A DNA stretch of 64,000 bases from an uncultured Bacilli bacterium (lineage in GTDB: Bacteria > Bacillota_I > Bacilli_A > RFN20 > CAG-826), in NCBI GenBank assembly GCA_944358895.1, contig CALVSB010000001.1, positions 31,355-95,354 on the forward strand, given 5' to 3'. The translations under genes were made by a program, and so were the position numbers. Shown here in pieces: positions 26,196 to 36,654 of the stretch (its first letter is position 1; each line of letters opens with the position of its first letter). The notes beneath the pieces were generated by a model. It had not been told where the DNA came from. It was given only the letters and a program-made list of their open reading frames with translations, and searched no databases.

Positions 26196-27339
26196 CGACG
26201 ATTTTCCTTTCTTTGCTGAGGTAGACCCCCACCCCTTTCATGAGGTAAAGGCGGAGGCGGCTGTCTTTCTTGGCGGAGAGGTGCCACCAGCCGAGGCCGG
26301 CGACCGCGAGGTCGAGCTCTTCCCCGGCGGCGACGTCGATTTCGAAGGCATCGAAGTCGGTCGCTTCCTTGAGGAAGCCGGTCCGGGGGCTCACCCCAGC
26401 CCGGGACATGATGCGGGCGACGTCGGTCGTCCCTTTCTTCGGGAGGGCGGCCTTCTTGAGGCTCACCTCCGAGCCGAAGTAGCCTAGGAGCTTCACGAAG
26501 CCCTCGGTCACCTCGAGGTGGGCGAGTCCCCCCGCCAGGGCGACTTCCCCTTCCTTGGCCTCGAGCTTCCGTTCGCGGACGGCCCGCTCGGGGACGATGT
26601 CGTGGAGGACGCTCGGCTCGACGAGGGAGACGTAGCTATTGGAGAGGTCGGTCCCCGGGGTGTCGTAGAGGCACGAGGAGGAATCGAGGGGGATGGCCAT
26701 CACCCGGACGTCGGTCCCGGGATAGTCGCTCACCGAGATGGCCTCTTTGCTCGGATTGTGGAAGAGGCGGAGGAAGGAGGAGACGAAAAGCGACTTCCCG
26801 CTCATCTTGGCCCCGACGAGGTAGGCGTCGTGGCGCCGCCTCTTGAGCTCGAGGAGCCCCATGGCGTCCCCGATGTCGCTGAAGGTCGAGAGGGAAGTCA
26901 GGACGACGTCCTCCGCTTTCACCGAAAGGCCTTCCTTCTCGAAGACGGAGGCGACATAGGCGCGGAGGGCCCTATCGTCGGCTTCCTTCGGAAGGAGGTC
27001 GCGCTTATTGGCGATGACGAGGATCGGCAGCCCCCGGATGAGGCGCGTCACCTCGGGGACGAAGGAACACTCGAAGGAAAAGAGATCGATGACGTAGACG
27101 ATGAGCGAATCGCTCGCCCGGGCGTCCTTAAGCATCGTGAGGAAGCCTTCCGAGGCGGCCGCGACCGAGGCCGGGGCCGGATTGAAATGCCGCTTGGCGT
27201 AGCAAGCGTTGCAATAGACGACGTCTTCGGCCGTCCGCTTGGTGTAGACGCCGGGATCGATGTAGCCGATCTTCCCCGGGTCCTCGCTTTGGAGCGGGGC
27301 CCCGCAGAGAAGGCACCGCCGCACGACTTTCATTTCCAT
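26182..27339 (-). CDS. yqeH: Ribosome biogenesis GTPase YqeH
   Basis: 385 aa with an N-terminal Zn-ribbon (C..C...C..C) and a circularly permuted GTPase (NKRDL, DYPGTD). AAGGAGG lies 8 nt upstream of the ATG. Confidence 0.85.
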   Translation of the reverse strand: MEMKVVRRCLLCGAPLQSEDPGKIGYIDPGVYTKRTAEDVVYCNACYAKRHFNPAPASVAAASEGFLTMLKDARASDSLIVYVIDLFSFECSFVPEVTRLIRGLPILVIANKRDLLPKEADDRALRAYVASVFEKEGLSVKAEDVVLTSLSTFSDIGDAMGLLELKRRRHDAYLVGAKMSGKSLFVSSFLRLFHNPSKEAISVSDYPGTDVRVMAIPLDSSSCLYDTPGTDLSNSYVSLVEPSVLHDIVPERAVRERKLEAKEGEVALAGGLAHLEVTEGFVKLLGYFGSEVSLKKAALPKKGTTDVARIMSRAGVSPRTGFLKEATDFDAFEIDVAAGEELDLAVAGLGWWHLSAKKDSRLRLYLMKGVGVYLSKERKIVDGRK

Positions 27340-27342
27340 CCT

Positions 27343-27861
27343 TCATTCCTCCTTGATGGTAGTGGCTCCGCCCCGTTTCAGGAGGGCCGCGCGGCCCTTC
27401 CTTTCCCGGTAGCGGTTGTATCGCGTCCAGATCGGGTCGTCTTCGACGAGGGGCGAGGTCAGGCAGCACCTGATCCCGAGGCGGTTGGCCGCGCGGACGT
27501 CGGTGTAGAGCTGATCCCCGACGAGAAGCGCCTTCTCCTTCGATATTCCCTTCTTCTTAAGGAAGGAAGCGAAGCGGAAGGCGAAGGGCTTCATCGCGAA
27601 ATGGAGATAGTCGATCCCGAGGAGCGAGGCATATTCCCCGACCCGCTTCTTCGAGTTGTTGCTCACGACATAGACCCGAAGCCCGGCCTTCTTGAGGCCT
27701 TCCACGTAGGAGAGCGCCCGTTCGGAAGGCCTTTTCTCCCGGTGGGAGGCGAGGGTATTGTCGAGATCGAGGAGCAGGACCTGGATCCCTTCTTTCCCGT
27801 AGAAGGAAAGGGGGATCTCATAGAGGCTGCTCGCGAGATAGGTCGGGGCGGGGAGAGCCAT
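27343..27861 (-). CDS. yqeG: HAD-superfamily phosphatase YqeG
   Basis: 172 aa with HAD motif I DLDNTL. The start was chosen at MALPAP; the longer ORF-track extension is Arg/Pro-rich without homology. Confidence 0.75.
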   Translation of the reverse strand: MALPAPTYLASSLYEIPLSFYGKEGIQVLLLDLDNTLASHREKRPSERALSYVEGLKKAGLRVYVVSNNSKKRVGEYASLLGIDYLHFAMKPFAFRFASFLKKKGISKEKALLVGDQLYTDVRAANRLGIRCCLTSPLVEDDPIWTRYNRYRERKGRAALLKRGGATTIKEE

Positions 27862-27863
27862 CG

Positions 27864-30470
27864 CTAGTCTCCGTCCCCCACGTCGAGGAGGGAAATCTGC
27901 TCGAAGCCCCCGATGTCGAACTCGCCGGCCGGGGGATTGGCCGGGTTGCCGCTCCCGCTCTTCGGCGGGAGGTAGCTCTTCTTGTCCGGGGTGATCCGCA
28001 CGAGTTCCTCGTCGTCCACCGCCACGATGCGCTCCCGCGACTTGAAGAAGTCGCTCCGCTTGGCGTGGAGGTCCTTCGGGGTGAGGGAGAGGGAATTGAC
28101 CGGCACGTCGACCCGCTGGGCGTCGTTGAGGAGGCACTCGAGGGGGTAAGGCGGTTCCTTCGCCCCAGCCTTCTTGAGGTAAATGAGCGCATTGGGATCG
28201 CTCTTGAAGGACTGGTAGAGAAGCTCGGTCTTGCTGAGGCGTTCCCCTTCCGGCAAAGAAAGGAGATCGATGACCCGGAGGTGGCCCCGGTCAGTGAGAA
28301 GGAGAGCCTTGCTCGGCTTCTCGTCGGGATCGAGGGCGATGATCGAAACGAGGTCGCTTCCCCGGAAGCTCCCGGCCTTCATCCCGCCGGTCCGGGGATT
28401 GGTGACGTAAATGCCGTTTTCATTATAGCGGACGGCCTGGGCATCCGCGCTCGCGATGATGAGGGAGGAATTGCCGCTCGAGATGGCCACGTCGGCCACC
28501 TCGTCCCCGTTGATCAGCTTGATGGCCGTGATCGGCTTGCTCCGCCGGACGGCCGGGAACGAGGAGAGGGCCACCCGCTTGATCGTCCCCTTCTTGGTGA
28601 GGAGGACGGCGAAGAGGTCGTCGCGGAAGGAATTCTTCTCGACGGCGTAGACGGCGACGAGCTTCTCGCCCGCCCCGGTCGGGACCATCGTCGAAATGTG
28701 GAAGCCTTCCTGGTTCCAGCGGTTTTCCTTCGTCTCGTAGACCGGAAGGTAGATGTAGTTCCCCTGGCTCGTGAAGATGAGGAGGTAGTCGCGGACCGAG
28801 CAGGTGCCGATCGCGATGAAGGCATCCCCCTCCTTGATGCCGGGCTTGGCCCCTTCGAGGCCGTGGCTCGACTTGAAGGAACGCTCGCTCGAACGCTTGA
28901 TGTAGCCGTCCCGGGTAACGGCGAGATGGACCGTCTCGTCGGGGATGAGGGCTTCCTTGTCGTCCTTCCCAAAGACCGGGGCCTCTTCCCCGAAGCTGCT
29001 CCGCCGGGGGGAGGGGTATCTCTTGACGATGGCCCGAAGGTCGTTCTTGATGAGGGTCTCGCGCCGGGCTTGGGAAGCCAAAAGGGCGCTTAAGCCGCTG
29101 ATTTCCTTCTCGAGGTCGCTCTTCTCCTGCATGAGGAGGTCGTTGTCGGTCCGGGCCAGCTTGTAGAGCGGCATCATGACGATGGCCTCGCTCTGGGCCT
29201 CGTTGAAGCCGAACTCGGCCATGATGTTCTTCTTGGCGTCGGCCTTGTCGAGGGAGCGCTTGATGGTCGCGACGACCGCGTCGAGGATCGAGACGGCCCG
29301 GATGAGGCCGTCGACGATGTTGAGGCGGGCATTCCGCTTGGCGAGGAGGCTCCGCGTCCGCCGGACGATGACCTCGAGCTGGTGCTGGATGTAAGCGTCG
29401 AGATAGGAAAGAAGGTTCAAGGTCGTCGGCCGCCCGTCGACGATGGCGACGAGGTGGGCGCTGTAGCTGCTCGAGAGCTGGGTCTTCGACATGAGGTAGC
29501 TCATGACCGTCTTCGGGTTGGTCCCCGGCTTCACGTCGATGACGATGCGAAGGCCTTCCTTGTCGGATTCGTCGCGGACTTCCTCGACGGAAGGGATGGC
29601 GCGGTCGATCCTTAGCTTGTCGATCGAACGGACGAGCTGGGCCTTGTTAACTTGATAGGGAATCTCGTGGACGACGATCTGGCTTCCTCCATCGGTCCGC
29701 TCGACGATGTCGTAGCGGCTCTTGATGAGGCATTTCCCGCGGCCGGTCCGGTAGATGTCGAGGAGGGAATCGTTCTTCACGATTTCCCCGCCGGTCGGGA
29801 AATCCGGGGCCGAAAGGATGCCCAAGACCTCGTCGAGGGTGCATTCGGGGTGGTCGATCCGGTAGATGACGGCATTCGACACTTCCTCGAGGTTATGGGG
29901 CGGGATGTTGGTCGCGATGCCGACGGCAATCCCTTCCGAGCCGTTCACGAGAAGGTTCGGGAAGCGGGAAGGAAGGACAGTCGGCTCGAGGAGGGTGTCG
30001 TCGAAGGTGAGTTCCATATCGACCGTATCCTCGTCGATGTCGCGGAGCATCTCCCCGGCGATGGCGGAAAGACGGGCCTCGGTGTAACGGTAGGCCGCGG
30101 CCGGGTCGCCGTCGATCGAGCCGTTGTTCCCTTGGAAGTCGATGAGCGGCATCCGCATGGCCCAAGGCTGGGACATGTGGACCATCGCCTCATAGATCGA
30201 GGAGTCGCCATGGGGGTGGTATTTGCCCATGACGTCGCCGACGATGTGGGCGCACTTCTTGGTCGGCTTGTCGATCGTGTTGCCGGTCTTGTACATGTCG
30301 AAAAGGATCCGGCGCTGGACGGGTTTGAGACCGTCTCTCACATCGGGGATCGCCCGGTCTTGGATGACGTCTTTGGCGTAAATCCCGAAACGTTCGCCCA
30401 TGAGGTCGTCAAGGGGCGATGGTTCGATGTTTTCCTTGACCTCGGGGGCGGCAGCTTTCTTGCGGCTCAT
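27864..30470 (-). CDS. parC: DNA topoisomerase IV subunit A (ParC)
   Basis: 868 aa with the GyrA/ParC N-terminal breakage-reunion domain (active-site Tyr region). N-terminal residues (ERFG.Y...[18 protein letters not shown]) match ParC rather than GyrA. Confidence 0.85.
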   Translation of the reverse strand: MSRKKAAAPEVKENIEPSPLDDLMGERFGIYAKDVIQDRAIPDVRDGLKPVQRRILFDMYKTGNTIDKPTKKCAHIVGDVMGKYHPHGDSSIYEAMVHMSQPWAMRMPLIDFQGNNGSIDGDPAAAYRYTEARLSAIAGEMLRDIDEDTVDMELTFDDTLLEPTVLPSRFPNLLVNGSEGIAVGIATNIPPHNLEEVSNAVIYRIDHPECTLDEVLGILSAPDFPTGGEIVKNDSLLDIYRTGRGKCLIKSRYDIVERTDGGSQIVVHEIPYQVNKAQLVRSIDKLRIDRAIPSVEEVRDESDKEGLRIVIDVKPGTNPKTVMSYLMSKTQLSSSYSAHLVAIVDGRPTTLNLLSYLDAYIQHQLEVIVRRTRSLLAKRNARLNIVDGLIRAVSILDAVVATIKRSLDKADAKKNIMAEFGFNEAQSEAIVMMPLYKLARTDNDLLMQEKSDLEKEISGLSALLASQARRETLIKNDLRAIVKRYPSPRRSSFGEEAPVFGKDDKEALIPDETVHLAVTRDGYIKRSSERSFKSSHGLEGAKPGIKEGDAFIAIGTCSVRDYLLIFTSQGNYIYLPVYETKENRWNQEGFHISTMVPTGAGEKLVAVYAVEKNSFRDDLFAVLLTKKGTIKRVALSSFPAVRRSKPITAIKLINGDEVADVAISSGNSSLIIASADAQAVRYNENGIYVTNPRTGGMKAGSFRGSDLVSIIALDPDEKPSKALLLTDRGHLRVIDLLSLPEGERLSKTELLYQSFKSDPNALIYLKKAGAKEPPYPLECLLNDAQRVDVPVNSLSLTPKDLHAKRSDFFKSRERIVAVDDEELVRITPDKKSYLPPKSGSGNPANPPAGEFDIGGFEQISLLDVGDGD

Positions 30471-32425
30471 CGGGCTTCTCCTTTCACTTCCTCAAGGAAG
30501 GCGTCTTCGTCGTTGAAGGTGACGTTTTCCTTGATCCAGTCCCAGCGGATGGAGGAATCCTTCCCCATCAGGACCGAGATTTTCTTCTCGACGTTCACCG
30601 GGTCTTCGATCGTGACCCGGAGGAGGCGCCGCGTGGCTTTCTTCATGGTGGTCGCCTCGAGCTGGTCGGGGTTCATCTCGCCAAGCCCCTTGTAGCGCTT
30701 GACGAGGCAGCCCTGCCCGAGCTTGGCCTTGGCGGCCTCGCGGTCGCTGTCGGTCCAGCAATAGATGCCCTTCTTCGGGTCGCTCTTCTTGTAGACGAGA
30801 TAGAGCGGCGCGAGGGCGAGATAGACCATCCCGCGGTCGATGAGCGGCTTCATGTAGTTGTAGAAGAAGGTCAGCAAGAGGGTCTGGATGTGGGCGCCGT
30901 CGGTATCGGCATCGGTCATGATGATGATCTTGCCATAGTGGGAGGCGTCGACGTTGAACTCGCTCCCGACGCCGGCCCCGATCGTCTGGATGATGGTCGC
31001 GAGCTCGACATTGTCGATAATGCGGTCCATCGAGACGCTATCGGTATTGAGCGGCTTGCCCCGGAGCGGGAGGATGGCCTGGTGAAGGCGGTCGCGTCCC
31101 GACTTGGCCGAGCCGCCGGCCGAATCGCCCTCGACGATGAAAAGCTCGTTTTGGGAATAGTCCTTGCTCTGGGCCGGGGCCAGTTTGTCGGAGAGGATCA
31201 TCTCCGGTCCCTTCTTCTTGCTCGAGCGGGCCTGCTCGCGGGCTTTCCGCGCCGCTTCCCGGGCTTGGCGGGAGGCCTCGACCTTCTTGATGAGGTCGAC
31301 CGCGAAGGCGTTGTGCTCGTTCAGGTAGTAATTGAAGCGCGTCGAGACGAGGTTGCTCACGGCCGGGAGGGCGTCGGGCGAGCCGAGCTTGCCCTTGGTC
31401 TGGCCTTCGTACTGGAGCTTGTCTTCCGGGATCTTGACCGAGATGATGGCTGTTAATCCTTCCCGGAGGTCGACCCCGTCGATCGACTGGTTGCCTTTGA
31501 TGAGCTCGTTGGCCAAGGCGAAATCGTTGATCGTCTTGGTGAGGCCGGTCTTGAAGCCCTGTTCGTGGGTTCCGCCGTCGGCCGTCCGGACGTCGTTGGC
31601 GTAGCTCAGGATATTCTCGCCGTAATCGGAGAGGCACCAGCACATTGCCACTTCGATCTGGATGCCGTTCACCTTGTCGGAAAAGTCGATGATGTCGCCG
31701 AGCTTGTTTTTGCCGTTCACCAGTTTCTCGCAGTATTCGCGAAGGCCGTTTTGGCAATAGAATTCCTGGCTTTGGCCGCTGATTTGGTCCTTGAGGGTGA
31801 ACTTCACGCCGGTGAGGAGGTAGCTTTTCTCCTCAAGGCGCTGGGCGATGGTGTCGTAGCTGAATTTGGTATTCGGGAAAATCTTGGGATCGGGTTTGAA
31901 GCGGACCGTCGTTCCGTGCCATGACATCGGGCAATCCCCGTCGACGTGGAACGGGACGTCGAGCATCCCGCCATCCTTGAAGGAAATCTTGTAGATCTTC
32001 CCCTGCCGGTAAATGGTGACCTGCAGCCACTCGGAAAGGGCGTTGGTGACGGTCGCGCCGACGCCATGGAGGCCAGCGCTCGTCGAATAGACGCGGGAGT
32101 TGAACTTGCCGCCCGAGTGGAGCGTCGTGAAAATGAGCTGGGCGGCCGGAACGCCGGAGGCGTGCATGTCGACGGGAAGGCCGCGTCCTTCGTCTTCGAC
32201 CTCGATCGACCCGTCCTTGTACATGGTCAGGTCGATTTTCTTGCCGTAGCCGTTCACCGCTTCGTCGACCGCGTTGTCGACGATTTCCCACACGAGGTGG
32301 TGAAGGCCCGAGAGGTTGGTGTTGCCTATGTACATGCCCGGGCGTTTCCTCACGCCCTCGAGCTCACTCAAGAGTTCAATGTCTTTGGCCGTGTATCCGG
32401 CTTCTGCTTTTTCGATGTCATTCAT
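30467..32425 (-). CDS. parE: DNA topoisomerase IV subunit B (ParE)
   Basis: 652 aa with GHKL ATPase, transducer and Toprim domains. The start was chosen at MNDIEKA; the 142-aa upstream extension in the ORF track is acidic, low-complexity sequence without homology. Confidence 0.85.
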   Translation of the reverse strand: MNDIEKAEAGYTAKDIELLSELEGVRKRPGMYIGNTNLSGLHHLVWEIVDNAVDEAVNGYGKKIDLTMYKDGSIEVEDEGRGLPVDMHASGVPAAQLIFTTLHSGGKFNSRVYSTSAGLHGVGATVTNALSEWLQVTIYRQGKIYKISFKDGGMLDVPFHVDGDCPMSWHGTTVRFKPDPKIFPNTKFSYDTIAQRLEEKSYLLTGVKFTLKDQISGQSQEFYCQNGLREYCEKLVNGKNKLGDIIDFSDKVNGIQIEVAMCWCLSDYGENILSYANDVRTADGGTHEQGFKTGLTKTINDFALANELIKGNQSIDGVDLREGLTAIISVKIPEDKLQYEGQTKGKLGSPDALPAVSNLVSTRFNYYLNEHNAFAVDLIKKVEASRQAREAARKAREQARSSKKKGPEMILSDKLAPAQSKDYSQNELFIVEGDSAGGSAKSGRDRLHQAILPLRGKPLNTDSVSMDRIIDNVELATIIQTIGAGVGSEFNVDASHYGKIIIMTDADTDGAHIQTLLLTFFYNYMKPLIDRGMVYLALAPLYLVYKKSDPKKGIYCWTDSDREAAKAKLGQGCLVKRYKGLGEMNPDQLEATTMKKATRRLLRVTIEDPVNVEKKISVLMGKDSSIRWDWIKENVTFNDEDAFLEEVKGEAR

Positions 32426-32456
32426 GGTCGTTATTAAAAAGATTTCCCTAGCTCGC

Positions 32457-32462
32457 ATTATA
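32457..32462 (-). promoter_or_regulatory. -10 box (TATAAT) of parE-parC
   Basis: On the minus strand, TATAAT lies 31 nt upstream of the parE ATG. Confidence 0.35.
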
Positions 32463-32527
32463 CGCGCGCTCGCTTGATAAACATAGGTGTCGCCCGCATA
32501 ATATGGCGATTTTCGGAGGCTAAGCAA

Positions 32528-33241
32528 ATGAACGTTCTCGCTTGTCTTATCACCATGGCGATCGGCTATCTCCTCGGCTCGATCCCGACGGGGGTCATCA
32601 TCGGCCGCCTTTTCTACCACAAGGATCCCCGCGACTTCTATTCTCACAACTCGGGAGGCACCAATTCGGGGCGTGTCTTCGGTCCGGTCGGCGGGGTCGT
32701 CGTCATCGTCCTCGACATTGCCAAGACACTCGTTGCCTTCTACATTTGCTACACCCTGATGCAGGTCACGCCCTGGGCCCAAGAATGGAACCTCTTCGAC
32801 GGCGGGCGCCTCGCGGTATGGCTCTCGCTCTTCGGAGCGACCTTGGGCCATTGCTTCAGCATCTTCCTAGGCTTCGGGGGCGGCAAGGCGGTCAGCTGCT
32901 TCATGGGCGCGGCGGGTGGAACGAGTTACGTGACTTTCGTCTTTTGCTTCATTGCTTTCTTCTCGGCCTTGGCCCTCAAGAAGAAGGTCGTCAGTTTCGC
33001 GAGTCTCGTGGCCGGAGGCATGATCACGCTCTTCGACGTAGTCCTCAGCATCATCGCTGAGTGCAGTCAATGGAATACCTCGATCCTCATGTGGGACTTC
33101 GGTACCTCGGGGTGGCTCTCCTTCGGGTGGCAATGCGCGGTGACTATCGTTCTCTGCTATGCCGTTTTGGTGGTCCGGCACATCCCAAATATCAAGCGCC
33201 TCCGCTCCGGAACCGAAAAACCGGCTCACTGGGTTAAGTAG
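32528..33241 (+). CDS. plsY: Glycerol-3-phosphate acyltransferase PlsY
   Basis: 237 aa polytopic membrane protein with PlsY motifs (GSIPTG, HNSGGTN). Confidence 0.85.
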   Translation: MNVLACLITMAIGYLLGSIPTGVIIGRLFYHKDPRDFYSHNSGGTNSGRVFGPVGGVVVIVLDIAKTLVAFYICYTLMQVTPWAQEWNLFDGGRLAVWLSLFGATLGHCFSIFLGFGGGKAVSCFMGAAGGTSYVTFVFCFIAFFSALALKKKVVSFASLVAGGMITLFDVVLSIIAECSQWNTSILMWDFGTSGWLSFGWQCAVTIVLCYAVLVVRHIPNIKRLRSGTEKPAHWVK

Positions 33242-33619
33242 TTATTTAGTAGTTTTAAGCATTTATCGACGAATTGATGGGTTTTGGACAAAAAGCCGAA
33301 CCCATCATTTTCTTTATCCGATAGCCAGCCACTTTTTGACTGACGATATTTTTTGTGATTGTAAAGATAGCCCCACTTTCGGCAGTTTTAGTAGAATGAC
33401 TCGCAGGCTAATAGTCACTACATAAATAACTACTAGTTATCTACTAGTCATTTTCGGCCTTAAACTACCCTACTTCTGTCGTTTCGGGAACTTGATGAGT
33501 CCATGGCGCTGCTATCACGTCTGCTTGCTAGCTCTGCGGACTTATCAAAGAATCCTCTCTTCTACCACGTCAGTCAAAAACGGCTTGCTAGTCATTTTCT
33601 TCGCGTGCGTATGGGCGCG

Positions 33620-33628
33620 TGCTAGAAT
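33620..33628 (+). promoter_or_regulatory. Extended -10 element (TGcTAGAAT) upstream of the oxidoreductase pair
   Basis: Followed by an AAAGGAG RBS and the ATG at 33655. Confidence 0.4.
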
Positions 33629-33654
33629 TTAGGAACAAAGGAGTTTCATAGCCA

Positions 33655-35169
33655 ATGAACAAATACGATGCTGTCGTCATCGGTGCTGGCAATGGCGGTC
33701 TTGTCGCTGCGATAAGACTTCTCCAGAGCGGGGCCAAAGTCCTCCTCGTCGAACGCCATAACCTCCCCGGTGGCTTCGCTACCAGCTTCCGGCGCGGGCG
33801 CTTCGAATTCGAAGCCTCTCTCCACGAGCTCAACGACTTCGGAAAGGATGGCGGCGACGTCCGCGACCTCTTCGATAGCCTTGGGGTTACGAACAAGATC
33901 GAATGGACTTCGATTCCCGAAGCCTATCACGTCATCTGCCCCAACGAAAAGTTGGATGCCACGATGCCGTTTGGAATTAAGGCCTTCATCGACAAGATGG
34001 AGGAGTACGTTCCCGGATCGAGGAAATCGATGGAGCGCTTCTTCGCCTTGGCCTCGGAAATCAGAGAGGCCCAGGCCTATACCAACGCCCAAAACGGAAA
34101 CGTCGATTCCTCTTACATGGTGAAGCATTTCGGCAACTATGTCCGAACCGGTTCTTACTCGGTCAAGGAAGTCCTCGAAACGCTCAAGATGCCGAAGAAG
34201 GCCCAGGATATCCTCAGCGCTTACTGGTGCTATCTCGGCGCGAAGCTTAGTGACATGTCCTTTACCCACTATGCCTCGATGGTCATCCGCTACATCGACC
34301 GCGGGGTCATGATGCCGAAAGGCCGTTCGCACGAGATTTCCCTCGCCATGGCCGACCGCATCTACGAACTCGGCGGCGAAATCTGGTTCAATACCGGTGC
34401 CAAGAAGATTCTGACCGGCAAAGAGGGAGCCGTCTGCGGCGTTCTCCTCGATGACGGAAGAACCATCGAAACGAAACATGTCGTGGCCGACATCGAGCCG
34501 ACGGTCGTCTACGGCCGCATGATGGACAACGTTCCGGAGAAGATCGTGAAGGCCACCAACGCCCGAAAGCTCGCTGGCCGCGGCTTCAGCATTTTCCTCG
34601 GCCTCAACAAGAGCCCCGACGAACTCGGCATCGAGAGCCACAACTACTTCCTCTACGACACGAGCGATTCCGACAAGCAGTACGAACTCATGAAGGGCCT
34701 CGACAACGCGGCCCAGGCGACCGTCTGCCTCAACCGGGCTTACCCCGATTGCTCGCCCAAGGGCACGACCATCATGTACTTCACGACTCTCTACATGGAT
34801 GACGCCTGGGGCAAGGTCAAGCCTGAAGACTACTATAAGACGAAGGAAGACGTGGCCCGGCGCCTCATCGAACGCTTCGAGGAGTATACCGGTGCCCATC
34901 TCATGGGGAACATCGAGCAAATCTCGATCGCTACCCCGATGACCTACGCCCGTTACGGCGGCCACCCGGAGGGCGGCATCTACGGCTACGAGTCCAAGTA
35001 CGACGACGGCCTTACCGCTCGCCTTCTCATGATGAAAGACGACAAGATGACCAAAGGCCTCCGCTTCTGCGGCGGTTCGGCCATGCGGCTGAGCGGCTAC
35101 TCCAGCGCCTACTTCTCGGGTGACATCTCGGGACGGCAGACGGCCGGCGACATCAAGCGAGGTGAATAA
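33655..35169 (+). CDS. FAD-dependent oxidoreductase, phytoene-desaturase (CrtI-like) family
   Basis: 504 aa. It has an N-terminal Rossmann dinucleotide-binding motif VVIGAGNGGL..LLVER.NLPGG and CrtI/amine-oxidase family architecture. Confidence 0.8.
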   Translation: MNKYDAVVIGAGNGGLVAAIRLLQSGAKVLLVERHNLPGGFATSFRRGRFEFEASLHELNDFGKDGGDVRDLFDSLGVTNKIEWTSIPEAYHVICPNEKLDATMPFGIKAFIDKMEEYVPGSRKSMERFFALASEIREAQAYTNAQNGNVDSSYMVKHFGNYVRTGSYSVKEVLETLKMPKKAQDILSAYWCYLGAKLSDMSFTHYASMVIRYIDRGVMMPKGRSHEISLAMADRIYELGGEIWFNTGAKKILTGKEGAVCGVLLDDGRTIETKHVVADIEPTVVYGRMMDNVPEKIVKATNARKLAGRGFSIFLGLNKSPDELGIESHNYFLYDTSDSDKQYELMKGLDNAAQATVCLNRAYPDCSPKGTTIMYFTTLYMDDAWGKVKPEDYYKTKEDVARRLIERFEEYTGAHLMGNIEQISIATPMTYARYGGHPEGGIYGYESKYDDGLTARLLMMKDDKMTKGLRFCGGSAMRLSGYSSAYFSGDISGRQTAGDIKRGE

Positions 35170-35171
35170 CG

Positions 35172-36326
35172 ATGGCTTACAAATTCAAACGTCAGATTTT
35201 CTCTTTCCTCGACCTCATCCGCTTCACGAAGATCGTTCCCAACCGCAAGAAGATGCTCGAGGAAGGCTCCTCGGCCCCGCTTCCCGCGACCGACGACGTG
35301 ACCGAGACGATGAAAGTCCTTCACCCCGGCCACATGAAGGGGACGCTTCTTGAAAAGAAAGAAGTCGCCCCGGGCTTCTACTCCTTCCTATTCGCGATCG
35401 ACAAGCCCCTCTTCTTCGAAAGCGGCTCTTACGTGACCCTCGGCCACGAGGTGGGGACGAGCTACGTCACCAGGCCTTATGCCATTGCGTCGAGCCCGTT
35501 CGACGCGCTCCGCGAGAAGCGGATCGAGCTGATGATCAAGAAGGCCGGCTTCTTCTCGACCTACATGATCGAGGAAGCCAAAGTCGCCGACGTCTTCGAC
35601 ATCCACGGCCCCTTCGGCGACTTCTCCCACGAATCGCTCCGCGACCACGACGACGTCGTCGCCTTGGCCGGCGGCAGCGGCATCGCTCCCTTCATCTCGA
35701 TGGCGCGTTCCCTCCACGAAGGCTCCTCTTCGGGCTATCGGCTCCATATCTTCTACGGAACCAAGACCCTGAAGGACATCGCTTGCAAGGACGAGCTCGA
35801 TGCTCTTAGCAAAGAGCCGAACATCGACGTGACTTACGTCCTCGAGGAAAAGACCGAAGGCTATCCCCAGGGCTACATCGATCGGAAGATCCTCGCCGAG
35901 AAGGCCCCGAAGACCTTCACGGCCTTCATCTCGGGCCCGAACCAGATGATCGCTTTCGCTAGAGAGGAGCTCGCCGCCCTTGGCCTCGAGGCCAAGGACA
36001 TCATCGCCGAGCCCAACCCGATCCGCGACCGCCCGAGCGAAGGCAAGTCCTACAAGCTGACCGTCCACATCCAGGACAAGGTCTACGAAGTCGAGGCCAA
36101 AGATACGGAAACGGTGCTGGTCGCCCTCGAACGGGCCGCCATCAAGGCCCCGTCGGCCTGCCGGGCCGGCGGCTGCGGCTACTGCCACGCCCGCCTCATC
36201 AAGGGCAAGTTCACCATCTGGGGCGGCGACAAGCGGCGGCTGGCCGATGCCAAATTCGGCTACTTCCACCCCTGCGTCTCCTTCCCCGACAGCGACCTCG
36301 AGATCGAAGTCCCGCCGGCGAAGTAA
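35172..36326 (+). CDS. Ferredoxin-NAD(P)+ reductase-like oxidoreductase with a C-terminal plant-type [2Fe-2S] ferredoxin domain
   Basis: 384 aa. It has an FAD-binding FR-type domain (RPYAIAS), an NAD-binding motif (ALAGGSGIAPF) and a C-terminal CRAGGCGYC...C cysteine cluster. Confidence 0.8.
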   Translation: MAYKFKRQIFSFLDLIRFTKIVPNRKKMLEEGSSAPLPATDDVTETMKVLHPGHMKGTLLEKKEVAPGFYSFLFAIDKPLFFESGSYVTLGHEVGTSYVTRPYAIASSPFDALREKRIELMIKKAGFFSTYMIEEAKVADVFDIHGPFGDFSHESLRDHDDVVALAGGSGIAPFISMARSLHEGSSSGYRLHIFYGTKTLKDIACKDELDALSKEPNIDVTYVLEEKTEGYPQGYIDRKILAEKAPKTFTAFISGPNQMIAFAREELAALGLEAKDIIAEPNPIRDRPSEGKSYKLTVHIQDKVYEVEAKDTETVLVALERAAIKAPSACRAGGCGYCHARLIKGKFTIWGGDKRRLADAKFGYFHPCVSFPDSDLEIEVPPAK

Positions 36327-36339
36327 GACTCAGTTAACG

Positions 36340-36369
36340 GCGAGAGGCCAAGCGCCTCTCGCTTTTTTT
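36340..36369 (+). terminator. Rho-independent terminator
   Basis: 9-bp stem GCGAGAGGC / GCCTCTCGC with a 5-nt loop, followed by TTTTTTT. Confidence 0.7.
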
Positions 36370-36384
36370 CATGCTTAGGAAATG

Positions 36385-36413
36385 AAAAAAGCCGCCCGCT
36401 ACGCGCAGGCGGC
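36385..36413 (-). terminator. Putative terminator after yneF (convergent with the preceding one)
   Basis: On the minus strand, a GCCGCC / GGCGGC stem with an 11-nt loop is followed by TTTTTT. Confidence 0.4.
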
Positions 36414-36430
36414 CTCTCATTAAAATGGCC

Positions 36431-36652
36431 CTATTGGTTCTTCTTCATGTTGTTCATGACTTGGCGGATCTGCGCCTCGGAAGGCTTCCGGCCCATCGAC
36501 ATGAACATCGCCCGGATCATGTTCTCATTGATCGGAGGGTTCTTCTTCAGCTCCTTCTTCATGAGGGCCCGTGCCCCGAAGAAGCCGGCGACGAGTCCGA
36601 CGATCACGCAGAAGACGACGATCAGGACGAATGCCCAGACTTCGAGCGTCAC
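36431..36652 (-). CDS. UPF0154/YneF-family small membrane protein
   Basis: 73 aa with an N-terminal TM helix and a basic C-terminus, the typical YneF pattern. Confidence 0.6.
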   Translation of the reverse strand: MTLEVWAFVLIVVFCVIVGLVAGFFGARALMKKELKKNPPINENMIRAMFMSMGRKPSEAQIRQVMNNMKKNQ

Positions 36653-36654
36653 CC

